Source: Laetmonice hystrix (taxonomy: Eukaryota). Taken from it: 64,000 nt of DNA. The position numbers were made by a program, and so were the translations under genes. How positions within the stretch are numbered: the stretch's first letter is position 1; every line of letters begins with the position of its first letter. The notes beneath the pieces are model-generated. The model did not search any database. It worked only from the letters and a program-made list of their open reading frames with translations, and was not told the DNA's origin. The DNA lies in the NCBI GenBank assembly GCA_965235115.1, contig OZ249449.1, positions 13,392,001-13,456,000 on the forward strand. The letters are read 5' to 3'. Positions 1-12,349 of the stretch are shown piece after piece.

Positions 1-1052
1 AAATATTTGAAAAAATTGATGGCGAATGTTAATAGTGTTGATCTATGGAGAGAATTAATCCTCTGAGTGCGATGTTGTGTGGTGAGTTAAATGTAACAGA
101 AATGATGGATGCAGGGGTCGTGTGGAGTAAACCTCAGTGCTTGCCCACCTCATCTTTAATACATCCACATCTTCTGAACAACAGAAAAATAATCTTCTTT
201 CTTGTCCTTGTTATATATAAAAATGGGCAATGCCTGTTTATTCCAAAGCGATTGTTGGATATGTTGTATCCATTAGGTACTGGTAACCCACGCATCGCCC
301 ACTACAAGTATAAAACAGTAGAAAAAATGGCGTGAGAGTGCAGGTGGCCTCAAGAAACAAAACCTTTTTGTCCTGGCCGCTGTGTAATAATACACAACCC
401 CATCAAACCTCCATCTCTCAGCAGTGACCCGATTATATACTTCAGGACTTGACCTTGTTTCTGATCGATATTTCCGAGGTGACCTCAATTACGGACCCAT
501 TGTTCGGAAATGACCTAATTATAGAATCTCGGTCTCATTGACCTTGGTCCTGTTTGAAGGTCAGGATATCGGATGGAGAAATTATCTGTTTTAAATTTTA
601 CTTGATGAACAGAACTGTTGCCGAATACCAGAATTTATGACACAGAAATAAAATGGAAATTCTAGGTTGATAAACATGTATTAATCTGCGTAAATGAATA
701 TGGAAATGAAAGTTGAGACACACAGCAATGCTGGATGTTATTGCAGTGACTTGATGTATTGGGGGGTTTTCGCCTAGAATTTATGTAAATATTTCTTAAA
801 TGTTCATGCTGTTGCGCCAAAAAATACACTTTTCAAGCTAGACCCCTTTATACCAAAGTGAGATGAGTAAAATAAAATAAATTTTAAGTACAATATAATT
901 TAAGTAAAATTAAATAGATGTAAACTTTGATGACCTTCTTATTATTTTTTTCCACTAAAAGAAACGTGTAGAAACGTGAGGCCGTACTCAGAAAAGTAAG
1001 GCTGAGATCAGCTATAACTATCTTGTCCAAGCAAGATGTTTTGGAATTATGC

Positions 1053-1213
1053 CAGGCTTTCCTGGAGATTTTCGACTTTTGGGGGGGAATGCTGCGAGTT
1101 TGGGGAGGGGGGAGAGTAATGAAAAATATTTCCCCCTGGGAATTTTTGGGGGGAGTAGCTGAATAATGGGGGGAGTCCCCCCCCCAAAGAAAAAGGGCCT
1201 GCAGGAAACCCTG
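1053..1213. mobile_element. 161 bp non-autonomous TIR element (MITE) with an apparent 5 bp TSD
   Basis: Left end CAGGCTTTCCTG (1053-1064) and right end CAGGAAACCCTG (1202-1213) are an 11/12 inverted match. TATGC flanks both sides (1048-1052, 1214-1218). The interior is rich in G runs. Confidence 0.5.
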
Positions 1214-3306
1214 TATGCACTACCTTAATACTACCTGAAGATAATGAAAGATGGTGCCAAACGAAAGTTCATACTTCCGATGTTAGTAATTGTAACTTCT
1301 GATCTATATTGCACCATTTTCACGATATAGACCAAAGCAATGTTATTATGGGCGTCAAATTCAAATTTTTATATGGTCCCCATGTCGCTATATTAGGTCT
1401 GAGCAGAATAGAAAGTGGCATGTATGGTGCTTCTCATATACGTCTCTCTGCATTAGGTTTGAGAGAAACCCAGATCGTTATGTCTGAGATATTGGTCCAA
1501 ATGTCTGACGTGCATCATCCTCAGACTATTTCTGATCAGTGTGTAAAGTTTCGCACAAGTTGGGAAAAAAACCAAGTTGTTCACTGACCTAAGTGCGGAT
1601 TACTGTCAAATTAGAAGCCTCGTCCCTGCACGTTGGGGGCTACAAATTGTGGTCGAAAATGATGCCAAAAGCCAGTGTCGTCTGGTGGGTGGGGCGTGTT
1701 TTTGGCACATGTTGACGTTGTGGCTCAACCGTAGCTGCCAGTTTGACTGACAGCCAACTCCTCGCCTGATACTTGAGATCATTTCCTTGTACTACTCAGA
1801 GTAAGTAGTGCAGGGAAATCGTGGTCTAAAGAAGGTACAGTAAAATCGACGTCATCTTGTCTGTGGGAGGAATATCAAGATATAATTTATCTTAGGAGTT
1901 CCTTGACACACCATCGGTCATGTTGAGTGTAAGGATGCTCAGTAATAATTTAAGTGAAAAAAGAAGAGCTCAGCAGTACAGAATGTAAGGAGAGTCTGGG
2001 AAATTGATGAAGTAAAATGTGAGAAAAATGGGATGAATTGTTTAATCAGCTTTTCCTGTCTCATGGAAATAATCATGTTACTTATGAAGAAAATCGGCTT
2101 CTTTAAAACCCGATAAAAGATGTAAGTAACAGTGATGTATTGTGGGATTGGTCATAGATCATGTGACATTTTGTTTACACCATAATAGAGACTGCAACTT
2201 TATAAAATTCAGGTTGAGGGGAAGGTTTCCAAAAGGTATCGTAGAATGGAAGTGCTTGTCTAGAGGTGTCGTGGATCGTGAATCCGCGTTTCCACCATTT
2301 TACACGATTGGGTGTGTTGGTGGGGGGGGGGGGGGGGGGGGGTCTTACAAGCCTTTGCATACTGGTTGAGGATCAAGGCATTCCTCTAATTGTTACCACA
2401 GCTGTCGCGAGCCAACGGAAGGCTTGGGCGCTCATATCATCAATCATCCACCCTGACACAAGGTCAAGGTCGCCGGCGCTCCCATATGTTGCCATGGCGA
2501 CCCGGTAACCCGGATAGACAATGGCAGGTGCGGGTGTATAGCTCGAACCGTTAACGACGCGTAAACAAGGACCTGTCCGACCTTACATCGTATACGATCG
2601 GCTTTGAAGCTTATGATGGCAGGATCGAGTGGGGATCGCGCCTGGTCCAATTTCAGACAATCAGCGTTCAAAAGAAGGCAGAGGTGGCTGTCATGGCAGC
2701 CGCTGAGAAGGCGCCGGGCACAGGGATTTTGCGCGCGCCGTCTAACAGATTCTCATGATTTCCGGCTCGTACCGGGAAAGTCGTCAAGATATCGTTGTAC
2801 TTTCGGTGCTGCCCCCCCCCCCCCCCCCAAACACATTCACTGAAATGATAATCTTTGAACCAAGCTGCCATTGCCCAATATTATCCAGCCGGGATGACGT
2901 CAGTGACGTCACAGAAAGCGGTTTTATTGGACGGGTCTGCGTCAGCATGAACACGTGATCTATGCCCCGATGCACGGTGGTGCCGATAGATGGCACTGTT
3001 ACGGCATCAGTGTAATTGTGTCCAAGGTGTGCCTCTTCAAGGATATACTTCACTGGCATGGCCCCGCCACAAATGGAAGAGATGAGGGGAAATAAATGGA
3101 CAGTTCTCCCGCCCGGCATCAATACGGACAACTTCCCACAACCCCTGGAACCACCGACAATGTAGTTACCTCTTTTCAATGTGTTTCCATGGCAACGCCC
3201 TTAATGTACTGAACCGGTTTCCTCCTTTACTTTAGAGTATCGGTTTTAAGAAGTTGAACAGGTCATATTTTCTTATCACGACTTGAAATCATATACATGT
3301 ACGTAA

Positions 3307-3338
3307 TACGAGGGCGCTATTACAAAAAAAGTAACCGA
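3307..3338 (+). mobile_element. Solo Tc1/mariner-like terminal inverted repeat remnant
   Basis: TA+CGAGGGCGCTATTACAAAAAAAGTAACCGA resembles mariner termini (TACGAGGG...CAAAAAGTAA). No partner TIR was found. Confidence 0.3.
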
Positions 3339-3375
3339 AATGGGAACGTCATTCTTAATAACTAAGAGAGTCGGA

Positions 3376-3588
3376 TTTTCACATTTGACGTAAAAGTTTT
3401 TCACATATGTAGTAAAATATTTTTTTCACATTTAGCGTAATTTATTTTTACATTTGACGGAAGGTAGTTTTTACATATGCGGTAGATTTTTTCACATTTG
3501 ACGGACGTTTTCACATTTGTCGTAAATATTTGTTACATATGACGGCGTTTTTACATTTAGCGGAATTTTTACATTTGAGGGTGCAACA
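3376..3588. repeat. Degenerate tandem repeat, about 10 units of roughly 18-24 bp (core TTTTCACATTTGACG)
   Basis: Repeated TTTT(C/T)ACAT(T/A)T(G/A) cores, ending in TTACATTTGAGGGTGCAACA. May be the subterminal repeats of a truncated DNA transposon. Confidence 0.7.
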
Positions 3589-6500
3589 ATTGTGCCGAGA
3601 GCAAGCACCCCCTTGTGAACTGTAGGTGCGTTCTGAATGCCCAGGCACGTTTATTGTGAAGGGTTTGAGGCGTTCCCTGAACTTTGACCTCACTCACAAC
3701 CTCAGCGTCATGGGCAGGTCAGCCCCCCTAATTACATTATCATACCCAAACACTATAGCTCTGGTTGCTGATGTTTTACGGGAGTTCTCCGTTTTTTAAT
3801 ATTATTTATTTAAGTAATACAGGGTAAACCGATTGGCATCTATCTATATCAGGTATTCCGTACACTAGGGATATAGAAAGAAGACTTTTCTACCCTAAAC
3901 TGGAGGTAATTTTCATGGTTTTACTGCGTATGCAACAACTAGAGTTGCACGTTTGCCACATTAGATAAACTGATTCTCTAGCTCAAGGTTGACCATTGCA
4001 CTGACACTGCGTATATAGCCAGGCACACAGGCCGTGAAATTTTAAGTAAGTTAGAAAAGATTTAAACCCAATTGGTGCTCAAATAGTTAAGATATAAGCA
4101 TTTTAGTGCTTGAGTCTGCTCAGCGTGTGGATGCCACCATAGCGTCTGCTAATTTGACGTCACAGTGTCTAACCAATCACAGCACTACTGCTCTCCAGTT
4201 TGGGAGGAACTAAAAACCTACATACATACCACAATGGCGGCGCTGCTGAAGCGGACGATTTTGATGGGAATATCATATTCGACATATGAATCCTTGGAAC
4301 GGGGAAACATTTATTTCCAGACCCTATACTGTGGAAAGTTAGCATACATGGAGGCCTTGCGGCGGTCCAAATGTACTTTATGACAAGTGTTAGCCTGCAA
4401 AGAAGGAGTGGGTTGTATCTGATACCCTGTAAGTCTGCCTCGTAGAAAGCACATCTTCTATAATAGTTGGCTTGCGGCGAGGTAAGACTGTGAAAGGGGA
4501 TCAGTTGAGTCTGTCTACTCCCTCCTCCTCTCCCTCACACACGCACACACCCACACCCAGGTAGCGGCCGTGGGCCGTACTACTGTTGTTAATTTGTTAA
4601 TGTTAAACTTCCCCAAGATGACCAAAGGGACGTCGGTATACCATGCTTCACCCTCCCATACCCTATTTTAAAGGGACAAAGCTTTCAGATGATTGTTGGC
4701 TGTGTGTTATGTTCGAACCGTGTGTTCGCTGTATGTGTATTCAGTGTATTAACCAGTCTGTGTATTTGCCGTGTATTCACAGTGCATTCGCTGAGTATTC
4801 ACTGATTGTATAGAGGAACAACAGCTACTGCCAACACGATAATTTTTGTACTGAGAGAAACGATTTCCCCAAGTATGGGAAAGAAGATTTCGTGTTTTTC
4901 AAGAACCGCAGGTTTCAGGTATTGTTGAGTGGATAAAAACTGATTACGGGGTCATGGATAGAAATAACAAGTACACGCTCGCTTCATGAGGCAGTTGTAT
5001 TTATTTTACTGCTTGGCATTTAAAGAAGTAGATGTACGTTTACCAGTGTACTAAGAGCAGATGTTTTAAAAAGATTTCAGGGCTGTCATAACCCTCGAAA
5101 CCGTTCATTTGGAATTCTGGTTGTAAAAATTTCTATGGTCCTGTTAACGGGATATAGAGGAAGCCCGTCGTCGTCACATCCGAGAGTGGAAGGCAATGTC
5201 ATAAAAGGAGGTGTTCCTATTGATACAGCTAATTATAATATCCTTATATTGTCTTTTCTCTGAAGCACTTTCACATACGACGCGTATCTTCCAAAAGGGG
5301 GCAATAAAAATGTCGCCGTTTGGACCAATCAGGGAGCTGCATCTATTTGCCTCGCTCTGTGAACCAATCACACAGCACGAATCTATTTGATGCGTAGCAT
5401 TTACTGCGAGAACAAATGTCGGATATGAATCCGGTTACTGGGATGCAGTGACAAATGTCAGCAAATGAATCTTATCATTGAGCGTTAGCGGGAAGGAGGG
5501 GATGGGGGTGGGGGTGGGGGTGAGGTGTGCTCCGTGGGATTGTATATGAAGGCCCCGTGGAGAAAGAGAACACCTAGTCTCGTGCATGTGCATCGAATGC
5601 TGGCCCGCTGCGGGACAAGGCGTGCTGTCAGAAATGTTCCCTAGACGGAGCTGTTGAAGATGCCCACAGACACGGTGTTTTTCCCTGTTTTTGTCTAGTT
5701 TTGTGGTTGATAAACCCACCTTGATAAGGTGATGTTAAGGGTGTTGCGGAGGGTAGCTATGGTGGTGAAGTTCGCTCAAATCTTTAGATTTCCTTGACGT
5801 TTGACTCACACGTCTGAGGATATTAGTGTTTGGTCACTCATCCCAACCCATGCTTTCCGGCCATTTATTTTTCTCGAAAGAGAAAAAGAGCATTATACAC
5901 CGTTTAGTTTTTTGTACAGTTCGTTTCTTTGCACGCCTATATTTTTGCACGGTCCTTAAAGGGGCAGGGGATCAGTTTCCGTCAATAATTCGGGGGAAAA
6001 GAACCCGTTTTGTCAAGCGGATGCCCTATTGACAGTATCCGAACCGGTTTCTATACATGTTCTTTCAACTGATTGTATGGGTTATCCGTAGAGCAGACTT
6101 CATCTTGGTTTAAGTTAGACCGGAAACATTCCACTCGCTACATTTTGGATTGTGATTCAGGTCCGGCGTTAAAATTCAACATTCAAAATGGGAAAAATGA
6201 ATCATAATAATAGGTGATATTTAACTTATCAGCGGCTGCTTATAACGTTTATAGGAATACATCATGTCTGTTAGCTGTCGTGCCGAAGGAAAAAGGTGGC
6301 AAACAATGAAAATAGAGCATCGATCTGAGGAAAAGTGACCGAGCCAGACGGCCGCCACGCGGCAGGTTCTGTAATCACATTGACCTTTTTTGACACCAGG
6401 GGGCGTGGTGGGCGGTGTCGCAGTGTCGGTTTGTCTCCGCGGGGAGTCGGGCGACGGTTGGCCATGGTAGTGGATGTGGTTCTGGGGAGTGACGTCCAAT

Positions 6501-8302
6501 TATTGAAGGAACAGACAGAGAGGGCTCTTGTTTCAGGACGAAACTAAGAAGTATCTGTTTCACGAGGCAACAAGGGAGAATGGGTTTCAGGAGGTAAGGG
6601 GAGGCAAGAAAGGATCTTGACACGCCATCTTGGTAATACAAATCTCGCATCATCAAAAAGGGTCGCGATCTTTTTTAACGGGAAAGGCTATCCTCTATCG
6701 TAGTAAGAACACGATAAAATGAGAAAGGATAACATGATATATTAATTATTTATTGGCGTCCAAAGTGGTGGGATAGTATACATTAGGAATAAATAAATGT
6801 GGCAATATCAAAAATAAATTAATTAATTAAATAAAAAAATACTAAATGACTATGGTAAAATATGTAAGAACATTAATGGAACTAAATTAACGGAGTTATT
6901 ATCCCATATCCCAAATAAAATATTTAAAAATAATGTATACAATATCCAAAGAAACATGCACATGGCCGTTCTTTAAGTTGAAATTTAGAGTCACCTTGTT
7001 CGTTTTGCCTTGGGGCAGATTACCTTGAATAAAAAAAAATGAAAAAAAAAAAAAAAAAAATCAGCGGTAAAAGTTGTTGTTGAGGCAGAAGGTTGACGTT
7101 CTCTAGTCTCCCGCCCTCATTAGGACGATGGGATCAGACTGTCGGTCTGGCATGATCAGACAGTCAATGACAACTACTGACCTCGGGATCAACCCTGACC
7201 AGAGTGGGTAGGCCCTACCATCTGGTACGAGACCGTCAAAAACAAAATGTCTGTTAGTATGAGTGTCTCAAGACGTCATAATCAATGCAGTAAGGAAAGT
7301 GAACTAATAATCAATGCTAATAATCAACGCAATAATCAGTAAACTAAAACTAATATTAAAAATAACAATCGTGATAACTGTATTGATTCTTGGAGAATTC
7401 GATAAGATTGACTCAGTGTACACATACAGTTATGCCTCTTATTTTATACGAATCCCCTTTTCTTGTATGAAAATAATATTGAAATATTGGGAGCTTATTT
7501 TCATTATGTGAAAATTAAAAGGAAAATGTAAATATATTATTATATTTCATTCCAGGAAATTTTCTTTAGCGAAAGAGGATTCTGTAAAGCATTGTTCAAC
7601 CGACTTTGAATGTGGATTAAGTTGCCAGTCGTCGTCAGCCATTATTGCAAAGAACTAGTCATCGTATCATATTAAGTTAGATGAATTATTTTCGAGTGCA
7701 GGAAGTGCATGATTTCTATCGTGTTTAAAAAGATTATCCACAGAAACTCGCTGCAACAGATATTTTTTTGAATGTGGCTCAAAGTATATTCTCCACAACT
7801 CATTAGGCAAAGACAGAAAACAAAGTTACCGTTGAAGTCAGCAATGTATATTAATGAAAGCGATCGAGGAAAGAAACATATGTGCACTTAGTAGATGCCG
7901 ACTGCGGATGAATTAGATTTGAAAATCAAAATCTGTTTGATGAAAATTAGGGCCATTTTGTCGGAGGGGACATTTCATTGATGTCTTGGGAAGCTGTAGG
8001 GAGCGCTGTCCAGCTCCGACGGACATTTTGTTGAGTCAGGTGGGCAGATACTCAGTAGAATTTTATCAAGGGCGATTAAAATGAACCGCTTGTCTTCGTG
8101 CGTGTCTGTAATGTTGAATCACAGCAAATTGTTTGAGGGAAGTACATTATGTTACCAGTTTATGGTGTCAATATATCCATAACCCTGAAGCCAAATGACT
8201 GATGTTTACTGTAGTTTTAGTTTCAGTGCTTTCAAGACAGCGTTTTGACTACATGAGCAAACCCTATTGTCATATGATCAAACCCCCATGAGACAACTGA
8301 TG

Positions 8303-8406
8303 CTCTCTCTGTGTATCTCGCTCTCTCGCTCTCTCTCGCTCTCTCTCTATCTCTCTCTCTCCCTCTCTGTCTCTCTCTCTCTGTGTCTCTCTCCCTCTCT
8401 CTCTCT
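8303..8406. repeat. Imperfect (CT)n microsatellite
   Basis: Directly visible CT/CTCG/CTGT dinucleotide run. Confidence 0.95.
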
Positions 8407-9751
8407 GTCACAGATAATTACACCGTTTTACCTGTATCCTGTTTAACTTTTCAATTTTCCTGAAAACATGGCCAAGGGCACGTGATTAAAGGAAGTTGGA
8501 TTGGAAGAATTAGTGTGAGCGGAGCTGATCGAAGCGGGTGATGTCCCATTAGGTAACAGGCGTTTTGCGGCAACTTTCTTCAGACTCTGCCGGCGGCCCG
8601 AGCCTCATTTGCAATTAATGTCTAATTGGTCAATCAGAAATTGACTGCAAGGACGATAGCAGAGTATCAAGGTAACGTCAAAGGTACAACACGGTATAAA
8701 TAGACATTCAAAGTACAGGTTAGACCGGAGCTTGAAGATTTAGGTTGATTCCAATGACTTGTGCGCTCTCTCTAAACTATGATTTCCATATTGTCGGCCT
8801 TGAGACTTGATGACTGTAGAATGCCACCGGTTCGGAGAGGTGGGGGGGGGGGGGCAATTTTAGGTCCAGCATGGTTCCCCCCTCTCCTAACAACATCCCA
8901 TCCGTGTACAGGCGAGAGAGATGTTGTTGTTACCAGAGTGTCTTTGCCCCTGCTTTTCTTTCTTAAAAACACAAGGGAGACATCAATTCCTAGTACAAAT
9001 GCTGAAGAAACAGCGACGAAACGCTGTCATCATTGACAGGAAAACCACGACCTTGAACGTGTACCATGTGACCTTGCTGTCAGTGGGCCGGGGTCGGCGG
9101 CCCTTGTCCAGCCCAAGTTTGTGTTCCATGGGGTGGTCCGGCAGGCCAAACTCAATTATTGCCACTGCCGAATGGGACGGCCGATCACTTTGCCTTATTC
9201 GCAGTCACGGAACGCAGCAGTCCATAGCAGCCTGAATTGTTAAAAACTGTTGCCATAGAAACACGATATATCTGAGCTTTATGTGAATATTTTATAAGGA
9301 CTTGGAGAAAATTGGAAGGGGCCACACGTACATAGCAATTCCTGGCAAGTTCCACGATGGGCACCTGAGGTGATTATCCAATAGGAACGTTCGTAGCAAC
9401 AGCTACAGGATAAACCAAGCTTACGTTCCACGTGGTCCCTATCAGACGTGTAATATGATTGGTTGGTTGTGGTTATTGATAGTTGGAAAGACGCTGGAGC
9501 GGAAACGGAAATTGATATCAGCTGGGGCATATCCATCATGGAGAAAACAGAGTGAAAAACCAAAGAACAATTATCCACAATTTTCCCGAAATGGCTAAAG
9601 TTTACTGGGCAGATGTGATTAACAGTTTAAAGGGAAACGGTGCGTCGCCCTTAAGGAAGAAAGAAGGAAAAAACAAAGAAGAAAACAAACAAACAAACAA
9701 ACAAACAAAGAAGTAAAGAAAGAAACAAAAAAAGAGAGAAACAAGGAAAAC

Positions 9752-9896
9752 NNNNNNNNNNNNNNNNNNNNNNNNNNNNNNNNNNNNNNNNNNNNNNNNN
9801 NNNNNNNNNNNNNNNNNNNNNNNNNNNNNNNNNNNNNNNNNNNNNNNNNNNNNNNNNNNNNNNNNNNNNNNNNNNNNNNNNNNNNNNNNNNNNNNN
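9752..9896. other. Assembly gap (145 N)
   Basis: Run of N, preceded by a low-complexity (AAAC)/(AAAG) tract. Confidence 1.
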
Positions 9897-11972
9897 AGTA
9901 TTTTTACTATTTATTATGTATTTATAACCATACAGGTTAAAACATAAAAGTTGGGCTCCAGCTCGCTGAGGTGGCACTATACAGTCTGTCCGCGCTAACT
10001 TGTAGCGTAGGCACTTCCCTTCCATAACGCTATGGGCTGGACCTGATCACACCCGAGCGATAATATGTATGTATTTGTTCTTACCCGTGAAGTTAGGACC
10101 ATTCCAGACATGAGCCTTTAAGAAATTTCCAGTACGATATATGCGATACATTCTCTGCGGCTGACTTATGAAATTATGTTTGTTTTTGTGATTTTATACT
10201 ATGTAAAAATCTAAAATTACAAAAAGTCGAGACTTCAGAATGAGCCCTTGTGGTATAGGTGTGTACGTTTGTATACGTCGACGCTGACAATACCAGAGTG
10301 AGGCTATTTATAGACGGGATCACTGTCCAGGGTCGTCCCCTAACCTCCCGTGTAATTACTGCCCTCTGGCGGTCGGACTCGGGACTGTGCGCGCTATCAT
10401 CAATGATTCAAACGTCAAGTCACAGGAGAGCTCCCCGCCCACCCGCACTCTATCTTAGCGACTCGACTAAAACCGACTTGTAGATGGAATCATACCCCCG
10501 TATCTTACAGAATACCACCAAGGGAGGTTTAGGAGGAGAACATGAACGTAGACACGCTTGTCTTAAAAAAAGAAGAAGAAACCTCACTGACGATATCCGT
10601 GAAGATTATCTGTGGCATGAATATATATTTCATTGCTATCGGACGTTCTCCCCGTGTTCAGATATACTTAATTTTGATACTCGGAGTCAGTGAGTGAGAC
10701 GAGGGCATGTTTATGGACTCAAAAGAAAGAGCTGCAAACGGAGGACGGTATAATATACATAGGAAGGGCACACAGTCAGGTACATGCATGTACCATTCAT
10801 GACGTCAGAGTGTGCGCAGACGTTAATGGAGTCGTTTGTAGAACAAAGTTGGCTTCTGTTACCCTTCCTGAGTTCTCAAGGTGGAAGTTCTCCTGGGTGT
10901 ATTATCTCGGTCCTATTAGGTTCCTTCAAACAAAATGGCGGCCCATTGTCTACCCTCTCTGCCATGGCGACCCTGGGCTGCCACCGGAAGTGGTAATATG
11001 GGGCCATACAATTGGCTGATGGGACAAGGAAATTGAGAATGAAGCCGGCAGCGCCGCCTCAATGGTCGAGGCCGCGGCTCTTCCAAAAGCATGCTGGGTA
11101 ATGTGTGTGCATTGGTGACGGCAGGTTGTCATCAAAACGAGGCTGACAGACAGGCTGACGGCTTTTTTGGTAACAACTGGATTGAGGTAGGGCATTCAAA
11201 GTGCTTGCTGAGTTTGAAAGGAAAACTGTTTTATCACATATAGTTTTCATTAAATTTTATTACACATGAATTTCATTCACAAACTTTCGTCTCGTTTTCC
11301 GACTTTTTAAATTGATTTAAAAATCCACTAGTTTCCATTCTTGTTGACATTTCCTCTGATTTCCCATTTTTTACGTTCTTTATCGTAACACATCTTCATA
11401 TTAAACTTAGAGTCAGGCGTTTGGACACGGATTATTTGATCCGTCTGACTATTGTGACGTCATGATGTATGACGTCAGCATGAGATCCGTATTACGTCAC
11501 TATTAGACAACAGACCACGTGCCCATACACTACGAGTCCACTCATCCACATTCATGGCCCCAGGGTCATTAGTTCGGCCACTGTCCGCTTGGCGAGCTAC
11601 CATCATTTGTCAGCGTGACAGAGAAGGTCGGCAGGGCTGGTAATACAGCGACCTCTGGGGGTAGTTTAAGGGAGTAAGTGAGACATTGTGTTCACAATCA
11701 GATTGTGCGAGCAGGGAGCAGTGCATCTTCTTTCTTCCTTACTGCCATTTTGGGAACGGATCAAATTTACCGAACCCTGGTGCGCTTACAAAAAAGTAAG
11801 CGACGCCATCTTTTCAGTATATTCATATAGATTTAAGATATACATAAATTTCTTGACATATCTCCATGTAGGAGCCATATCGCATTTAATTTCACATCTC
11901 ATGCTATTTTTTTCACCAGACAAGAAGGAAACGTAGATTAAAATTCAACATTTCAACGGCCATATCTGAGAG

Positions 11973-12349
11973 GTTACCTCGGAAGTTTGTGGGGCCTGTC
12001 CAAGTTCTTGCATGCTTTGGTCTGTGTTTCTCCGAGTTACCTCGGGAGTTTGTGGGGTCTGTTCAAGTCCTGGAATGGTTTGGTCTGTGTTTCTCTGAGT
12101 TACCTCGGGAGTTTGTGGGGTCTGTTCAAGTCCTGGAATGGTTTGGTCTGTGTTTCTCTGAGTTACCTCGGGAGTTTGTGGGGTCTGTTCAAGTCCTGGA
12201 ATGGTTTGGTCTGTGTTTCTCTGAGTTACCTCGGAAGTTTGTGGGGCCTTCCAAGTCCTGGAATGGTTTGGTCTGTGTTTCTCTGAGTTACCTCGGGAGT
12301 TTGTGGGGTCTGTTCAAGTCCTGGAATGCTTCATGTTTGTGTTTTCCTG
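11973..12349. repeat. 63 bp minisatellite, 6 units
   Basis: Unit GTTACCTCGGGAGTTTGTGGGGTCTGTTCAAGTCCTGGAATGGTTTGGTCTGTGTTTCTCTGA starts at 11973, 12036, 12099, 12162, 12225 and 12287 (one unit is 62 bp). The terminal units are the most diverged. Confidence 0.95.

Noticed and set aside
973-1002. Second mariner-like TIR fragment (CGTGAGGCCGTACTCAGAAAAGTAAGG)
   Set aside because: It is degenerate, lacks the TA target and has no partner TIR.
2142-3179. Cluster of ORFs with poly-Pro/poly-Gly tracts
   Set aside because: They arise from G/C homopolymer runs (e.g. about 2321-2342 and 2811-2827), which are common throughout the window; no domain content.
7890-8220. Minus-strand resemblance to a LINE (CR1/L2) RT C-terminus (VRRSWTALP)
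   Set aside because: The similarity is limited to a few residues, with multiple stops and no RT motif; a protein-level repeat search would be needed.
9651-10025. ORFs spanning N runs (also 22073-22296)
   Set aside because: Artefacts of translating through assembly gaps.
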